This document shows, piece after piece, positions 29,972 through 40,076 of a stretch of DNA of 64,000 nt. The number at the start of each line of letters is the position of its first letter. Position 1 is the stretch's first letter. Origin of the DNA: an uncultured virus (IMG/VR IMGVR_UViG_3300025168_000070) (Duplodnaviria; Heunggongvirae; Uroviricota; Caudoviricetes); the IMG/VR virus record IMGVR_UViG_3300025168_000070; one strand, written 5' to 3'. The notes under the pieces were generated by a model, which saw nothing but the letters and a program-made list of their open reading frames with translations, did not search any database and was not told where the DNA came from. Both the position numbers and the translations under genes were made by a program.

Positions 29972-32900
29972 ATAGGTACACCTTGCGCTCTTAGGTTCAT
30001 CATTACTCCATCTGATACTCTATCTATTGCTTCTTCTATCGTAACACCGTTGAACACATTGGTTTGCATTATTTCGACTCTATGTAATAGACTTTCGACA
30101 CCGCCTTGTGTAATTTTCTTGTATATAGAACCTTGAAAGTTTGCTTGATTACCAAAGAACAATTCTTCTCTAGCGTTAGCAAAGGAACCAACATCTGCAA
30201 GTGCAGTACCTACATCACTAGACATACTTGCTGCTGCGCCACCTACATTCACTAATATACGTTCATAGTATTCTGATATATGGTCTCCTATTTCCATTGT
30301 ATCACTAGCCAACTCGTTATTTAATCTATTCAATTCTTCGTTTCTTTCTTCTGCTGTTGCGTATGTTGTATCTAAACCTACTATCCTATATCCGGCTTCT
30401 TCTCCTATACTACTATAAGCATCTAAATATTGATTTAATTCTTCTCCCTGTAATACTCCCGCTTGGTACAAAGCAGCCTGATGCTGCATATAACCAGCAT
30501 TTAGTTGCATACTAAAATTAAGAGGATTTGTCATATCACTATAAGTTAAATTACTTCTAGTAACATTACTTGTTATACCATGAAATTGATTCATAGCATT
30601 TTCTTCTCTTTGTAATGTGTTAGCCAAAGACTTATGTGCATCATCTATTGTACTTACTTCTTTATTTAATTGTTGATAATAACCAAGTTTAGTTTCTAAT
30701 GCTTTTATTTCTGCATCACTATATTTTTGTAATTCAGGACTTTCTTTATTATCATTATGATATTTTATTATAGCAGTTAATTCATTTACTTTAGTATTTA
30801 AAATATCAACTGATTGTGCTGCTAATTGTGCATCGTTTCTAATTTGATTGTAGGTTGAACTTCCAAGTAATGAATCAATACCTGTTTCTCCTTTTTTGGA
30901 TAAATCGGTCATAACAGATTCTAAGTCTCCTAAACCATTATTCAAATCTGTTATAGCATTCATACTATCTTCAAAGTTTTTATCCGGTTTGAATGTATCC
31001 CAAAGAACATATCCTGCTGCTAATGCTACTGCTGCTAAAGCAAGTGATGTTCCGGCAGTAGCAACCGCTTGAAATAAAATTGTACTTAATGTAGCACCTT
31101 CAAGACTCAAAGAATAAGCCCAAGTAGCGGCTGTGAGAGCCATATTTACCGTTGCTAATCCTATCATAGAAGCAGCCATAAGGTCTGTGTTGTCTGTAAA
31201 CAACATAAAAATACCTAAAATACTAGACATACCTAGTGTAGTAGTTGACATAAAGGATTTCATGGCTCCTTCTGCTTGGAATAAATTATATCTTGTTTGT
31301 GTTACAGCATCTCTAAAATATTTCTGTGCTATTCCAGCAGTAGTTAAATCTCCTTTGTATTTTTGCATATAGACTGATAAACCACCTAATTGTCTGCTTA
31401 TTATTTCTTGTCTAGCACCTAATTGTGTGTTAGCATTTACTAACCCTTCAATTTGTGTTATTGTCCTACCTATTGTTGAAATATGTCTTTCTTTTATTGC
31501 TATTTGTTCTTCTAAGTCTCTCTTTTCTTCCTCATTTAATTCTCCTAACTGTAATCTCATTCTCATTTCTGAAAGCATAAGTTGGTTTGTTCTTATCGAA
31601 GCATTTAAATTATTTACTCTAACAGCCAAGTGTGCTAATTCTGCTGATGTTAATTCTCTAAATATAACTATATGACTTGCTAAATAATCATTTTCTCTTT
31701 GAACATGACTTAAAAAGTTTTTTTGGTCTTTTTGTTGTTGGGCTCTAAATCCTGCTTCGACTTGGAAGTAATTCAATTGGTTTTGTTGATATGCTTCTCT
31801 ATTGGCTCTTATTTGCGTTAGGGCTTGAATCTCTGCTTCTGCCTGTCGCATATCTGCATTATGCGTTACCATTTTTGCCCTTCTAGCCTCAACTTCTAAC
31901 ATCATTTCGTTGCTTTTTTGAATCTTCCTTCCATTATCTAAAGTACCTATGGCTCTATGTTCTTCTAATATTAATGAAATACTTTTTTCGTGTTGCTTAA
32001 TAGAACCCGCCATACGTGCTTTATCTAAACTTTTAGACTTTATTTTTGTATCCATTACGTCTAATTCTCTTTCTTGCATGGTTGCCATATTTTTTATTTC
32101 TTTATGAGCAAACTTATTTTGTAATGCGGATGATTGTTCTTGTATGAATATTCTTCTATGGAATGCTTCTGTATGTACCTTTTCTGCTTGGTGCATTTGT
32201 TTCATTAAAACAGCAAAAGTCTTCATAGATATAAATATATTACCGAAACCCATAGCCATATTAATAGGGACTTCTAATTGTTTCATTGTTTCAGCCAAAA
32301 ACATAACATTACTTATGGCTGTATTCATTCTTGAACCATAGGCTACACCCATAAACTCATTACTTTCGTCTGTAATCTTTTGTAATCCTTGTAAGAAATA
32401 ATATTGCGGAGCCAAAGAACGTACATAAGCATCTGTTAAGTTTTCACCTACCGTTACTCTCATATTTTCAATAGCAGCATTAGCCCTATCAATTACGAAT
32501 ACAGAGGATTGTTGTCTGTTGTTAAACTCATCTGCTGCACTATAATTACCAGCATAAGCCATTTCATTCATTTGTAGCAACCTATCATGGTTTTCTAGCA
32601 ACTTCTGTAATTTGACGTAATGTCTATTTCCAGCAACGGCTTGTGTAAGACGTATCTTTTCTATGTTATCTAATTCTTTATAGTGTGGAACCAATGCTTT
32701 TATTATGTCTGTTAAAGACATCATAGATATTGTTTGTGCATCTAATTCAGGGATAACTGCGGCTAATGCTTCGGAAGCATCTCCTCCGTCAACCGCTATT
32801 CTAGAGAACATCATTCTTAAACCAGTACCGGCTCTGCTAGTTTCTTCACCAGCCTCTAGTAGCATAGCGGCTAAAGCACCCATACTACCCATTGTTTCTC

Positions 32901-33573
32901 CGGCCAAATTACCCTGTGCTGCAAACTGGTTCAATACGAAAGTCATGTCCTGCATTGTAGCAACGCTTGAGTTTTCAATAGTGTTAAGTTGGTCTAGTAC
33001 TCTCATGGTATTACCACGAACAACATTTGCTTGTTCTTGAGCGTCTAATTGGTCGTATTGAGCCTTTGTTAAACCACCCATAGCAAACTGTGTCTGTTGC
33101 ATAAGGCTAGTAAGTTTCTTCATAGCCTCTTGTGTTTCCATATTACCTATTTCAGCAAAGAGAAGACCCATCTCTGTACCAGCAATAACCGCTTCTTTAC
33201 TACCTAGTACTGTTTGCATCTGCGCCATGTTTGCTGCTGCTGATAATGCTTCTGCACCAGTAAATGCGAAAGTCTCACCAAGACGCTTAGATGCGTCTGC
33301 GAAAAACTGAACATCTTCTTCTGAACCTTGATAAAACTTTCTTACCTGAATCATTTGTTCTTCAAACTCATAAAACGAATCTATTTGTTCTTGGAACAAT
33401 TCACTTATACCTTCAAAAGCAAATTGAACAGACTCAAACACACCACCAAAAGCGTCAAGCATAATTGCTTGCATTACAGTTGAAGTGGCTTGTGTATCCT
33501 TCAACAGTTTTTCTGCTTGGAAAGAACCAACAACCTCAAAGAATACTCTTGCCGAGCCGGTACGGGATGCCAT
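29968..33573 (-). CDS. tail tape measure protein
   Basis: 1201 aa helical Ala/Gln-rich, TP901-like core (AGEETSRAGTGLRMMFSRI), hydrophobic segments; follows tail chaperones. Confidence 0.85.
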   Translation of the reverse strand: MASRTGSARVFFEVVGSFQAEKLLKDTQATSTVMQAIMLDAFGGVFESVQFAFEGISELFQEQIDSFYEFEEQMIQVRKFYQGSEEDVQFFADASKRLGETFAFTGAEALSAAANMAQMQTVLGSKEAVIAGTEMGLLFAEIGNMETQEAMKKLTSLMQQTQFAMGGLTKAQYDQLDAQEQANVVRGNTMRVLDQLNTIENSSVATMQDMTFVLNQFAAQGNLAGETMGSMGALAAMLLEAGEETSRAGTGLRMMFSRIAVDGGDASEALAAVIPELDAQTISMMSLTDIIKALVPHYKELDNIEKIRLTQAVAGNRHYVKLQKLLENHDRLLQMNEMAYAGNYSAADEFNNRQQSSVFVIDRANAAIENMRVTVGENLTDAYVRSLAPQYYFLQGLQKITDESNEFMGVAYGSRMNTAISNVMFLAETMKQLEVPINMAMGFGNIFISMKTFAVLMKQMHQAEKVHTEAFHRRIFIQEQSSALQNKFAHKEIKNMATMQERELDVMDTKIKSKSLDKARMAGSIKQHEKSISLILEEHRAIGTLDNGRKIQKSNEMMLEVEARRAKMVTHNADMRQAEAEIQALTQIRANREAYQQNQLNYFQVEAGFRAQQQKDQKNFLSHVQRENDYLASHIVIFRELTSAELAHLAVRVNNLNASIRTNQLMLSEMRMRLQLGELNEEEKRDLEEQIAIKERHISTIGRTITQIEGLVNANTQLGARQEIISRQLGGLSVYMQKYKGDLTTAGIAQKYFRDAVTQTRYNLFQAEGAMKSFMSTTTLGMSSILGIFMLFTDNTDLMAASMIGLATVNMALTAATWAYSLSLEGATLSTILFQAVATAGTSLALAAVALAAGYVLWDTFKPDKNFEDSMNAITDLNNGLGDLESVMTDLSKKGETGIDSLLGSSTYNQIRNDAQLAAQSVDILNTKVNELTAIIKYHNDNKESPELQKYSDAEIKALETKLGYYQQLNKEVSTIDDAHKSLANTLQREENAMNQFHGITSNVTRSNLTYSDMTNPLNFSMQLNAGYMQHQAALYQAGVLQGEELNQYLDAYSSIGEEAGYRIVGLDTTYATAEERNEELNRLNNELASDTMEIGDHISEYYERILVNVGGAAASMSSDVGTALADVGSFANAREELFFGNQANFQGSIYKKITQGGVESLLHRVEIMQTNVFNGVTIEEAIDRVSDGVMMNLRAQGVPI

Positions 33574-33575
33574 TA

Positions 33576-33863
33576 CTAATCACTTCCAGTATTGCCGAAT
33601 GCGTCATTTAACGCTTCTCCTAAACCTTGTTGGTCTAACATAAGAGCCCTGCGTTGATTTCTCTTAGCAACGGCTTGAGTAGCCTTCCTAGATGAAGCGG
33701 CTGGTGATGCAGAATCTTGTTGTTCATTTATTCTTTCGCTGATTTCTGACGCTACCATTAAATCTATATCCATCATATAACGCCCTCCTTGCTCCGCATA
33801 CCTCAACCGCAATTCGCTCGGAGTTATGCCTTTGAAAGTTGAGCAGAGCGCAGGTGCAACCAT
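33576..33863 (-). CDS. tail assembly chaperone, downstream (gpT-like) frame
   Basis: in the -1 frame relative to the upstream gene, between it and tape measure. Confidence 0.65.
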   Translation of the reverse strand: MVAPALCSTFKGITPSELRLRYAEQGGRYMMDIDLMVASEISERINEQQDSASPAASSRKATQAVAKRNQRRALMLDQQGLGEALNDAFGNTGSD

Positions 33864-34219
33864 CAGGAACTCGATAAAGGGACAGCACCCTCTTCGACTT
33901 CATCACCACGTATAAAACGTAGTACAGTCTGCAATTCGCCCATTGTCAAATCATTAGCGTCAAATCCCTCCGAAACAATACAATTGGGAATCCAAGCAGC
34001 CATCTGTGCGGTAGGACCGCAACCAGCCTCGTCTAACTTATCAGCAAACTCTTGCTGTTGTTCTGTGGTCCAATCCATAGGATTAGCACCAAAGTCTCTC
34101 ATGCTTCTAAACACTTTTGCTTGTTTAGAATCAATCTCTAATCGTTCTAATCCTGATACTTGTCGTACCAAGATTTTACTTCCGTCTTCTAATTCAATTT
34201 CTTTTTCTAATACTGGCAT
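33863..34219 (-). CDS. tail assembly chaperone (gpG-like)
   Basis: position after tail tube; slippery site at its 3' end. Confidence 0.7.
   Translation of the reverse strand: MPVLEKEIELEDGSKILVRQVSGLERLEIDSKQAKVFRSMRDFGANPMDWTTEQQQEFADKLDEAGCGPTAQMAAWIPNCIVSEGFDANDLTMGELQTVLRFIRGDEVEEGAVPLSSS
33875..33881 (-). other. -1 ribosomal frameshift slippery site C CCT TTA
   Basis: X XXY YYZ heptamer in the correct phase; -1 frame is open into 33863 ORF. Confidence 0.7.
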
Positions 34220-34258
34220 ATTTCTTCACTTCTTTACTACTCTATTCTATTCTCTATC

Positions 34259-34444
34259 TCATGTCTCATACGTTATATACGCAATATAGTTATTACCTGC
34301 TGCTTTTTTAACGATAGTAATATCGTGTATAATATCACCATCTGATAATGTTCTTAAAAAGGCTTGTACACTTGCTCCCAAACCAGTATGTGAGCCAATA
34401 ATAGTATTGACTGATACGTTTGCTGACGCAGTTATGGCTCCCAT
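34259..34444 (-). CDS. small virion-associated hypothetical protein
   Basis: GAGGTGA RBS, 61 aa. Confidence 0.6.
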   Translation of the reverse strand: MGAITASANVSVNTIIGSHTGLGASVQAFLRTLSDGDIIHDITIVKKAAGNNYIAYITYET

Positions 34445-34453
34445 TTAATCACC

Positions 34454-35524
34454 TCAAGCATCCAAGTCAACTTTTGCGCCGCCTGTGAACGCTGTTGACG
34501 AAGAACTAAAGGTTATCTTAGCCATTTCTGTCTCTGTCTCATCGTACAAGGCCATGAAGTTTACTGACATTGTTTGACTATCTCTTCCACTTACGCTAGT
34601 TTGTGGGGCTTCGTAATGTAGTTTGTGTAAATCTAAGCGGATATAATCTCCTGCTGCAACATAGAAAAGAACAGATAATGCTGGATTAGAAGCACTTCCG
34701 TTAATTAATTCTCCTGATATTAAACTCATATAATCAGGTTCGTCTGTACCTGCTGATGTATCTGCTGCTAGAACACCCTTATGGAAAGTAATTGTACCAC
34801 TTATTTCTCTCATACCTAATGGCGGTACTCTGCTAATACATGAATCACCCAAGTTATATGCGTTATCTAAATCTCTGTTAGTTTTAATATCGACTGAAAT
34901 ACTCTGTACTAATTTAGAGTAAGCAGTAGTTGAAGCAACATCTTCAAAGTTAACGAAAGCACCAACGAAGTGTGCTGCATCTCCTGTGTAATCATAACTA
35001 GGTGTTGCTAGGGCTGTTGAACCAACGCTAATAGTTGCTCCGTTGCTAAGGTTAAATTGAGATTTCATTCCTGTTGTAGTAAATGAAATCATAGCATACT
35101 CCCCAACAGATGCACTTATTGAACATCCTTCAATAACTTGACCTGCGTAAGTATATGCGTGTTCATCTCTTCCTATTAAGAAAGTATAGGATGGGAGATT
35201 AGCGGAAGATGAATCTGCTAATTCTGTTAGAGTATCGTTTGTTCCGGCTGTTCCTCCGGGGGTATGTGTACCAAAAAGACCGTGTAGGCACATCATTGTA
35301 AACCTATCAGGTTGTAAAGGCATTGAAAAAGAACCATCGGCATAATGTTTTGAGTCAAGTGCTTTACTTGCTCCATACCTGTTCATATCTCCTCTAGTAA
35401 GAACATCAAATGACTCTTGGAATCCTTCGTCATCAACCTCACCAAAGGCTGTTGCCGTTGTTATTGGAGTACCAAATGTAGCCTCCTTTGCCATACTTAC
35501 ATATCTGCTTGCGAATGTTGTCAT
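34454..35524 (-). CDS. major tail tube protein
   Basis: KEATFGT N-terminus, REISGTITF, beta-rich; position in tail module. Confidence 0.8.
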   Translation of the reverse strand: MTTFASRYVSMAKEATFGTPITTATAFGEVDDEGFQESFDVLTRGDMNRYGASKALDSKHYADGSFSMPLQPDRFTMMCLHGLFGTHTPGGTAGTNDTLTELADSSSANLPSYTFLIGRDEHAYTYAGQVIEGCSISASVGEYAMISFTTTGMKSQFNLSNGATISVGSTALATPSYDYTGDAAHFVGAFVNFEDVASTTAYSKLVQSISVDIKTNRDLDNAYNLGDSCISRVPPLGMREISGTITFHKGVLAADTSAGTDEPDYMSLISGELINGSASNPALSVLFYVAAGDYIRLDLHKLHYEAPQTSVSGRDSQTMSVNFMALYDETETEMAKITFSSSSTAFTGGAKVDLDA

Positions 35525-35573
35525 GTCGTTGCCTCTAAACTAACTCACTATGCCTGTGGTATTTAACCGTTGC

Positions 35574-36659
35574 TTAGATTTCCCTACGTGTCATATTAAC
35601 TCGTTTCATGTATGTGAGATTAAGATGGTGTATGCAGACTATTTCATCTTCATCCATCTTAGTATCAAAGGTTAAATTATAGCCTATTAAAGAATCAACT
35701 CCGCCTTCTAGACCTGTCTTAGTATACAATTCATCAAAGCATTCTCCTACAATAGATAATCCTAATCTGTAAGCGTTTTTGTAATCAGTACCTCTAGTAG
35801 TTGCATATAAATCAATAGAATAATCTTGTTCTGTATTACTACCTGATAATGTATTAAATTGGGGAGAAGTGGTATTTGTTATTACTACGTGTATACTAGG
35901 TAAAGAAATCCTACTTACCATATTACTGGATAAATCATACCCGTATACTATTGCAGATGGATGTATATGGTTTTTCAAATGAAATCTCTTAGATGCTTTT
36001 AATGTCTGCACTACGGCTAAACCGGTTCGTATAAAAGACGTAGTAACAAAATCGCTTATATCCATTTCATCAGGGGAGTAAGCACCTTGCGTAGTACAAT
36101 AAACTATTTCCCAATCCATAGTACCAGTAGTATTGCCCCAGTATATACCAGCAGATGTGGATGAAGCGGCTGTTACCGAAAGATAATGTGTATTTGCATC
36201 ATCATCTTCTATTATTTCATCAAAGTATAATTTAGCAACGCCGTTGCTATCTAGTGTTAATCGTAATAATACTGGTACAGACATATCTTCACTTACGTCT
36301 AAATCTAAATCGGATTTAGTTGCAGTACTATCACCCACTAATTTTATTTGTGAATTACTACTTGCTATTTTAACATCTGCTCTATGAGTACCATTATCTA
36401 TTGACATAACTACTTCATCAGTATTAGGTTTAGCAACGTAAACAAAACTAGCAACCAACGAATTATTACTACCTGCGCTAACTTTCCATCTTTGGCCGCC
36501 TGAACCACTAGATACTCTCCAGTTGTTATTATTAGCAACACCATCCCCACTATCTCCTGCATCTAAAGCCCATGCTATATTGTTTGAACCGGCAGGGGTT
36601 GTTGGGTCGCTTAAGTTAGTCCTACTAGTCCAGTAATGTGTTTTATCTGATATTCCCAT
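35574..36659 (-). CDS. tail completion/terminator protein with N-terminal lectin-like domain
   Basis: C-terminal LPSIHVVI..QDYSIDLY pattern; position before tail tube. Confidence 0.5.
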   Translation of the reverse strand: MGISDKTHYWTSRTNLSDPTTPAGSNNIAWALDAGDSGDGVANNNNWRVSSGSGGQRWKVSAGSNNSLVASFVYVAKPNTDEVVMSIDNGTHRADVKIASSNSQIKLVGDSTATKSDLDLDVSEDMSVPVLLRLTLDSNGVAKLYFDEIIEDDDANTHYLSVTAASSTSAGIYWGNTTGTMDWEIVYCTTQGAYSPDEMDISDFVTTSFIRTGLAVVQTLKASKRFHLKNHIHPSAIVYGYDLSSNMVSRISLPSIHVVITNTTSPQFNTLSGSNTEQDYSIDLYATTRGTDYKNAYRLGLSIVGECFDELYTKTGLEGGVDSLIGYNLTFDTKMDEDEIVCIHHLNLTYMKRVNMTRREI

Positions 36660-36660
36660 G

Positions 36661-37383
36661 TTAAGCCTTCCTTTTGAATCCGTATACTTCACCCAAAAAC
36701 TCTAATCTTCTAGGCATCCATTGTGTTTTAAACTCTTCTCTTATCATTTTCTCCATAAAAGCAGTATAATCAAATCGTTGTCTTCCTGTAAATCCGGGGT
36801 GTTTACCTTTTAATGACATAGGTAAAGAACTGCTTACACTATAAGGTATCTCTCCTGCACTTCTTTTCATATTACCATAGGATATTGAGGACCTTACAAT
36901 AGGGGGTAATGATGTTAGTCTTTTCTTTTTCTTATACACAAAAGGTCTCATACCACGCTTTACTACTTGTGCAATAGTCTTTTTAGTACCTGCATCTTGT
37001 CTTGAACCTGCTACCCCATGAGGAAAGGGCGCAGAACCGGCCATAACAACACCTTCTGCTGTTATTTGTGCATCTAATGATTCTGCTACTCTTCTGTATA
37101 TACTTTTACTTTGTTTAAACTTTCTAGTTGCTGGTAAAACTTTATCATAAGTACTAGGGTCTTTCTTTTTTAATTCTTCTTGGGCCGCAGGTATAACTTG
37201 GGATTTAAGATAACCTTGTATTTCAAGACCTAACCAATTTTTATGATTTATCTCCATCTCTATGTTTTCCATAGCCTTTATCAATCCTCTATCATAATAA
37301 CCTACACTAATTTGAACAGAGGAGCCCATGTTGGCACCGGCACTTCTGCGTTTGTAAGGAGCCATTTGTTTTATTGACGGCAT
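36661..37383 (-). CDS. basic neck/tail morphogenesis protein (HK97 gp10-like position)
   Basis: synteny; K/R-rich with HPG motif. Confidence 0.45.
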   Translation of the reverse strand: MPSIKQMAPYKRRSAGANMGSSVQISVGYYDRGLIKAMENIEMEINHKNWLGLEIQGYLKSQVIPAAQEELKKKDPSTYDKVLPATRKFKQSKSIYRRVAESLDAQITAEGVVMAGSAPFPHGVAGSRQDAGTKKTIAQVVKRGMRPFVYKKKKRLTSLPPIVRSSISYGNMKRSAGEIPYSVSSSLPMSLKGKHPGFTGRQRFDYTAFMEKMIREEFKTQWMPRRLEFLGEVYGFKRKA

Positions 37384-37922
37384 TAATCAACACTTCCAAG
37401 ATGGGCTAAACGGTATAAGTTTTCATTACCTCTTTTACGAAGAGTATTTGTTCTCAAACCACCTTCCTTTAGACCACCCTGTTGAAATACAGATTCGTCT
37501 TCATAATAATAAGACGATGCTAAATCAGCACATATTTCTCTAAGAACATGAGCAAACTCTCCTTCTTGTACTATTACTCCTGACAAATGGTCTCCTGAAA
37601 TACCACTAACACCAGTTAAAGTATGAGTGGATTTACCGGTCCATTTAAATGAATCTCCATCGACATTTCCATTACCACTACTGGCAAAGGAACCTCCGTC
37701 TGTAAGTACTACACTAGTAGCACCGGCTTCTAATGCTCCGTTTAATGTTGTTTCTCCTATTTCCCTACTAGGTGCATTTCTTCCATAATCTCTAAAACAT
37801 TGGTCTATATCTATTGTAGCCCTTCTTATAGCACTAGTAAGCCTACTAGATGCTCTGCTTCTTTGGGCTGAATCTAAACCTAATCTTTGGCCTACATCGG
37901 AATTAGAACAATAATAACTCAT
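37383..37922 (-). CDS. head-tail adaptor-like protein
   Basis: YYCSNSDV...I..AT..ID pattern typical of adaptors. Confidence 0.55.
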   Translation of the reverse strand: MSYYCSNSDVGQRLGLDSAQRSRASSRLTSAIRRATIDIDQCFRDYGRNAPSREIGETTLNGALEAGATSVVLTDGGSFASSGNGNVDGDSFKWTGKSTHTLTGVSGISGDHLSGVIVQEGEFAHVLREICADLASSYYYEDESVFQQGGLKEGGLRTNTLRKRGNENLYRLAHLGSVD

Positions 37923-38167
37923 AAAAAAACACCTACCATAAAGCATACAGCGCAGAGCCTAATAGCCCACACTATTCTATTCATTAAAGTCGCTGACCTA
38001 TCAATTTGTCGGTCATACCTAACTAAATTATTATTCTCTATTCTTTCTAAAATAGTATGTATTTGTATTGTTTTTTCTTCCAATTGATACACTCTCCACT
38101 CTAGTCTTTGAAGTTGACCGTTATATTCCCGTTTTGAATCCACTCCCTCAACGTCTGTGTTTCGCAA
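37919..38167 (-). CDS. coiled-coil protein with C-terminal TM helix
   Basis: LEWRVYQLEEK coil, hydrophobic C-terminus; true start probably later. Confidence 0.45.
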   Translation of the reverse strand: MRNTDVEGVDSKREYNGQLQRLEWRVYQLEEKTIQIHTILERIENNNLVRYDRQIDRSATLMNRIVWAIRLCAVCFMVGVFL

Positions 38168-38463
38168 AACTCTTCACCCTCTATTTTATACCCTATGGGT
38201 AATGTAATATACAAATAGAGAGGAACATAAACCCTTCCATCGAAGTCTGTTTCGTTATCGAATGTACCATTAAAAAGGATAAAATAATCCGTTTTTGTCA
38301 AGTATGTTTCGTATTCCTTACCTGTTATTTCTCCTTCCGCCCACCAACATTCTTCCGTCATAAAGAAAAAAGAGGGTTTAATAGGCTGAGAAGCCGTTGC
38401 TATAAGTCCTATAACTATTATTGTAAATACGATACCTTGTTGGTCGTATTCTTCAACAGTCAT
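38101..38463 (-). CDS. membrane-anchored protein
   Basis: N-terminal TM helix then small beta domain. Confidence 0.6.
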   Translation of the reverse strand: MTVEEYDQQGIVFTIIVIGLIATASQPIKPSFFFMTEECWWAEGEITGKEYETYLTKTDYFILFNGTFDNETDFDGRVYVPLYLYITLPIGYKIEGEEFCETQTLREWIQNGNITVNFKD

Positions 38464-38784
38464 TTACTCTTCACCGGAAGTTATACGCTCGATTAAATCG
38501 GCTTTTGTTCCAGTAGTAGCAAGTCCTTTTTCTTCTGCAATAACAACTAATTCTGCTTTTTTCTTAGACTTTAGTGCTTTGCTTAGGTCTTCTGCTGATT
38601 CAACTATCTTGTCTGCATACTCTTCGCCTTCTTCGATTGCTCCGATTATTTCATCAAGTGTAATTTTACCGTCTGCATTTAGTTTTTGATACTTCTTTAA
38701 AGCCCAAATACTAGCAGCCGCAACTGCTCCACCTAATGCTAACCAAACTTGTAATTCTATTCCATATATTTCTATCTTACTCAC
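38464..38784 (-). CDS. membrane protein with C-terminal SAP-like domain
   Basis: TM VWLALGGAVAAASIWAL; KKAEL...AEEKGL.TTGTKADLIERI; start uncertain. Confidence 0.6.
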   Translation of the reverse strand: MSKIEIYGIELQVWLALGGAVAAASIWALKKYQKLNADGKITLDEIIGAIEEGEEYADKIVESAEDLSKALKSKKKAELVVIAEEKGLATTGTKADLIERITSGEE

Positions 38785-38943
38785 CTCCTCTGTATTGGAT
38801 TTCTTTGACTGCTGAATGAGGGATAACTGTAAAGTGATTACTGTCTCCCTCTCTGTATATTTTATAACCGTATGGTGTTTCTTCAATTGATACCCTAGTG
38901 TAACATTTTTCAGGGGGTTGGTATACTATTTTTCCTTCTCTCA

Positions 38944-39495
38944 CTACTTCCACCTCGGACCTTCATACCATCCTACTAAACTGGTTCTGCTACCTGAAAG
39001 GATAGGAGATACAGCATGGTCGTAGTATGATACAAATGCTATTACTGTACCCCGTTTCTTAACCGTTATAGGGTCGGGACTTTGTGTTGTCATAAATGTA
39101 AAATCTCCTCCTGTGTATTCTTTAGGGTCTGATAACTGTACTACAATAGAAATCTTTCTATGTCTTCCATCTGCCCTATCCCAATCAACATCGTGATGGT
39201 CGCCATAAAAATGTCCTACATCTTTGTATTCTGTAAACTGTAAATAATCTATACTATCAATATCTAATTTAAAATGTTCATTTGCATCACTAGCAAACTT
39301 ATCAACTATATCTAAAATATCAGGAAAGGCTTCTTTTTGAATCCATCTAACTTGTGTTTTTCTATTAGGGTCATCTCCACCTTTAAAGGTTGATGCTTTA
39401 TTTGGTAATAAAGTTAAACCACTTTCAATAATATAATCACATATTTCATCTGATAATGCGCCTTCCCACATTATCCAAGCCGGATGCTCTCTCAT
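38944..39495 (-). CDS. 2OG-Fe(II) oxygenase (prolyl-hydroxylase/PKHD-like)
   Basis: YGDHHD (HxD), RKIS..VQLS....Y.GG, HAVSP, RTSLVGW. Confidence 0.9.
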   Translation of the reverse strand: MREHPAWIMWEGALSDEICDYIIESGLTLLPNKASTFKGGDDPNRKTQVRWIQKEAFPDILDIVDKFASDANEHFKLDIDSIDYLQFTEYKDVGHFYGDHHDVDWDRADGRHRKISIVVQLSDPKEYTGGDFTFMTTQSPDPITVKKRGTVIAFVSYYDHAVSPILSGSRTSLVGWYEGPRWK

Positions 39496-39529
39496 ATATA
39501 TGACTAAAATTGTTTCTTAATAAACTTTA

Positions 39530-40072
39530 CTAACCACCAATAACGCCTGTTATCGTTGCAGACATTCCGTTGGCGTATGTTATTTTGATTGTTCCGGCTC
39601 TAGTATCTGCTTCCCACTTTAAAATTGTAGTATCCACTTTACCATCGAGATTGACAGGGAAACCACCGCCGCCACCGCTTCCACTAGGACCTGTTGGCCC
39701 CGTAGGACCTGTTGGTCCAGCAGAACCATTACTTCCACTTGGTCCGGTAGGTCCCGTTGGACCAGTAGGTCCCGTTGGTCCAGTAGGACCTGCTGTTGCC
39801 CTTGATACACCCTGCGCTTCTTCTAATTCTCCATAATCAAACCATGATGGAATACTAGGGAAAACCCCGTCATTGTGAAATGATGATTTGGTACTAATAG
39901 AAGATAAGTTTTTCATAGCCGTTCTAAATGTATCTAATTCGGTTTTTTCTGAATCAGATAAAGAGTCATAATAGTTTTCACCGTATGCGTTTTCTATTCT
40001 TTTCAACCATTCTCGTTGCGTTTGTTTTAGTGCTTTTTCTGCGGTTGCTGTATCCTTAAAGTTTCTAGCCAT
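39530..40072 (-). CDS. short collagen-like protein with fibre-chaperone-like N-terminus
   Basis: (GPT)n block; N-terminal EL..FR..M..L...FP.IP.W resembles tail fibre assembly chaperones. Confidence 0.6.
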   Translation of the reverse strand: MARNFKDTATAEKALKQTQREWLKRIENAYGENYYDSLSDSEKTELDTFRTAMKNLSSISTKSSFHNDGVFPSIPSWFDYGELEEAQGVSRATAGPTGPTGPTGPTGPTGPSGSNGSAGPTGPTGPTGPSGSGGGGGFPVNLDGKVDTTILKWEADTRAGTIKITYANGMSATITGVIGG

Positions 40073-40076
40073 AATA

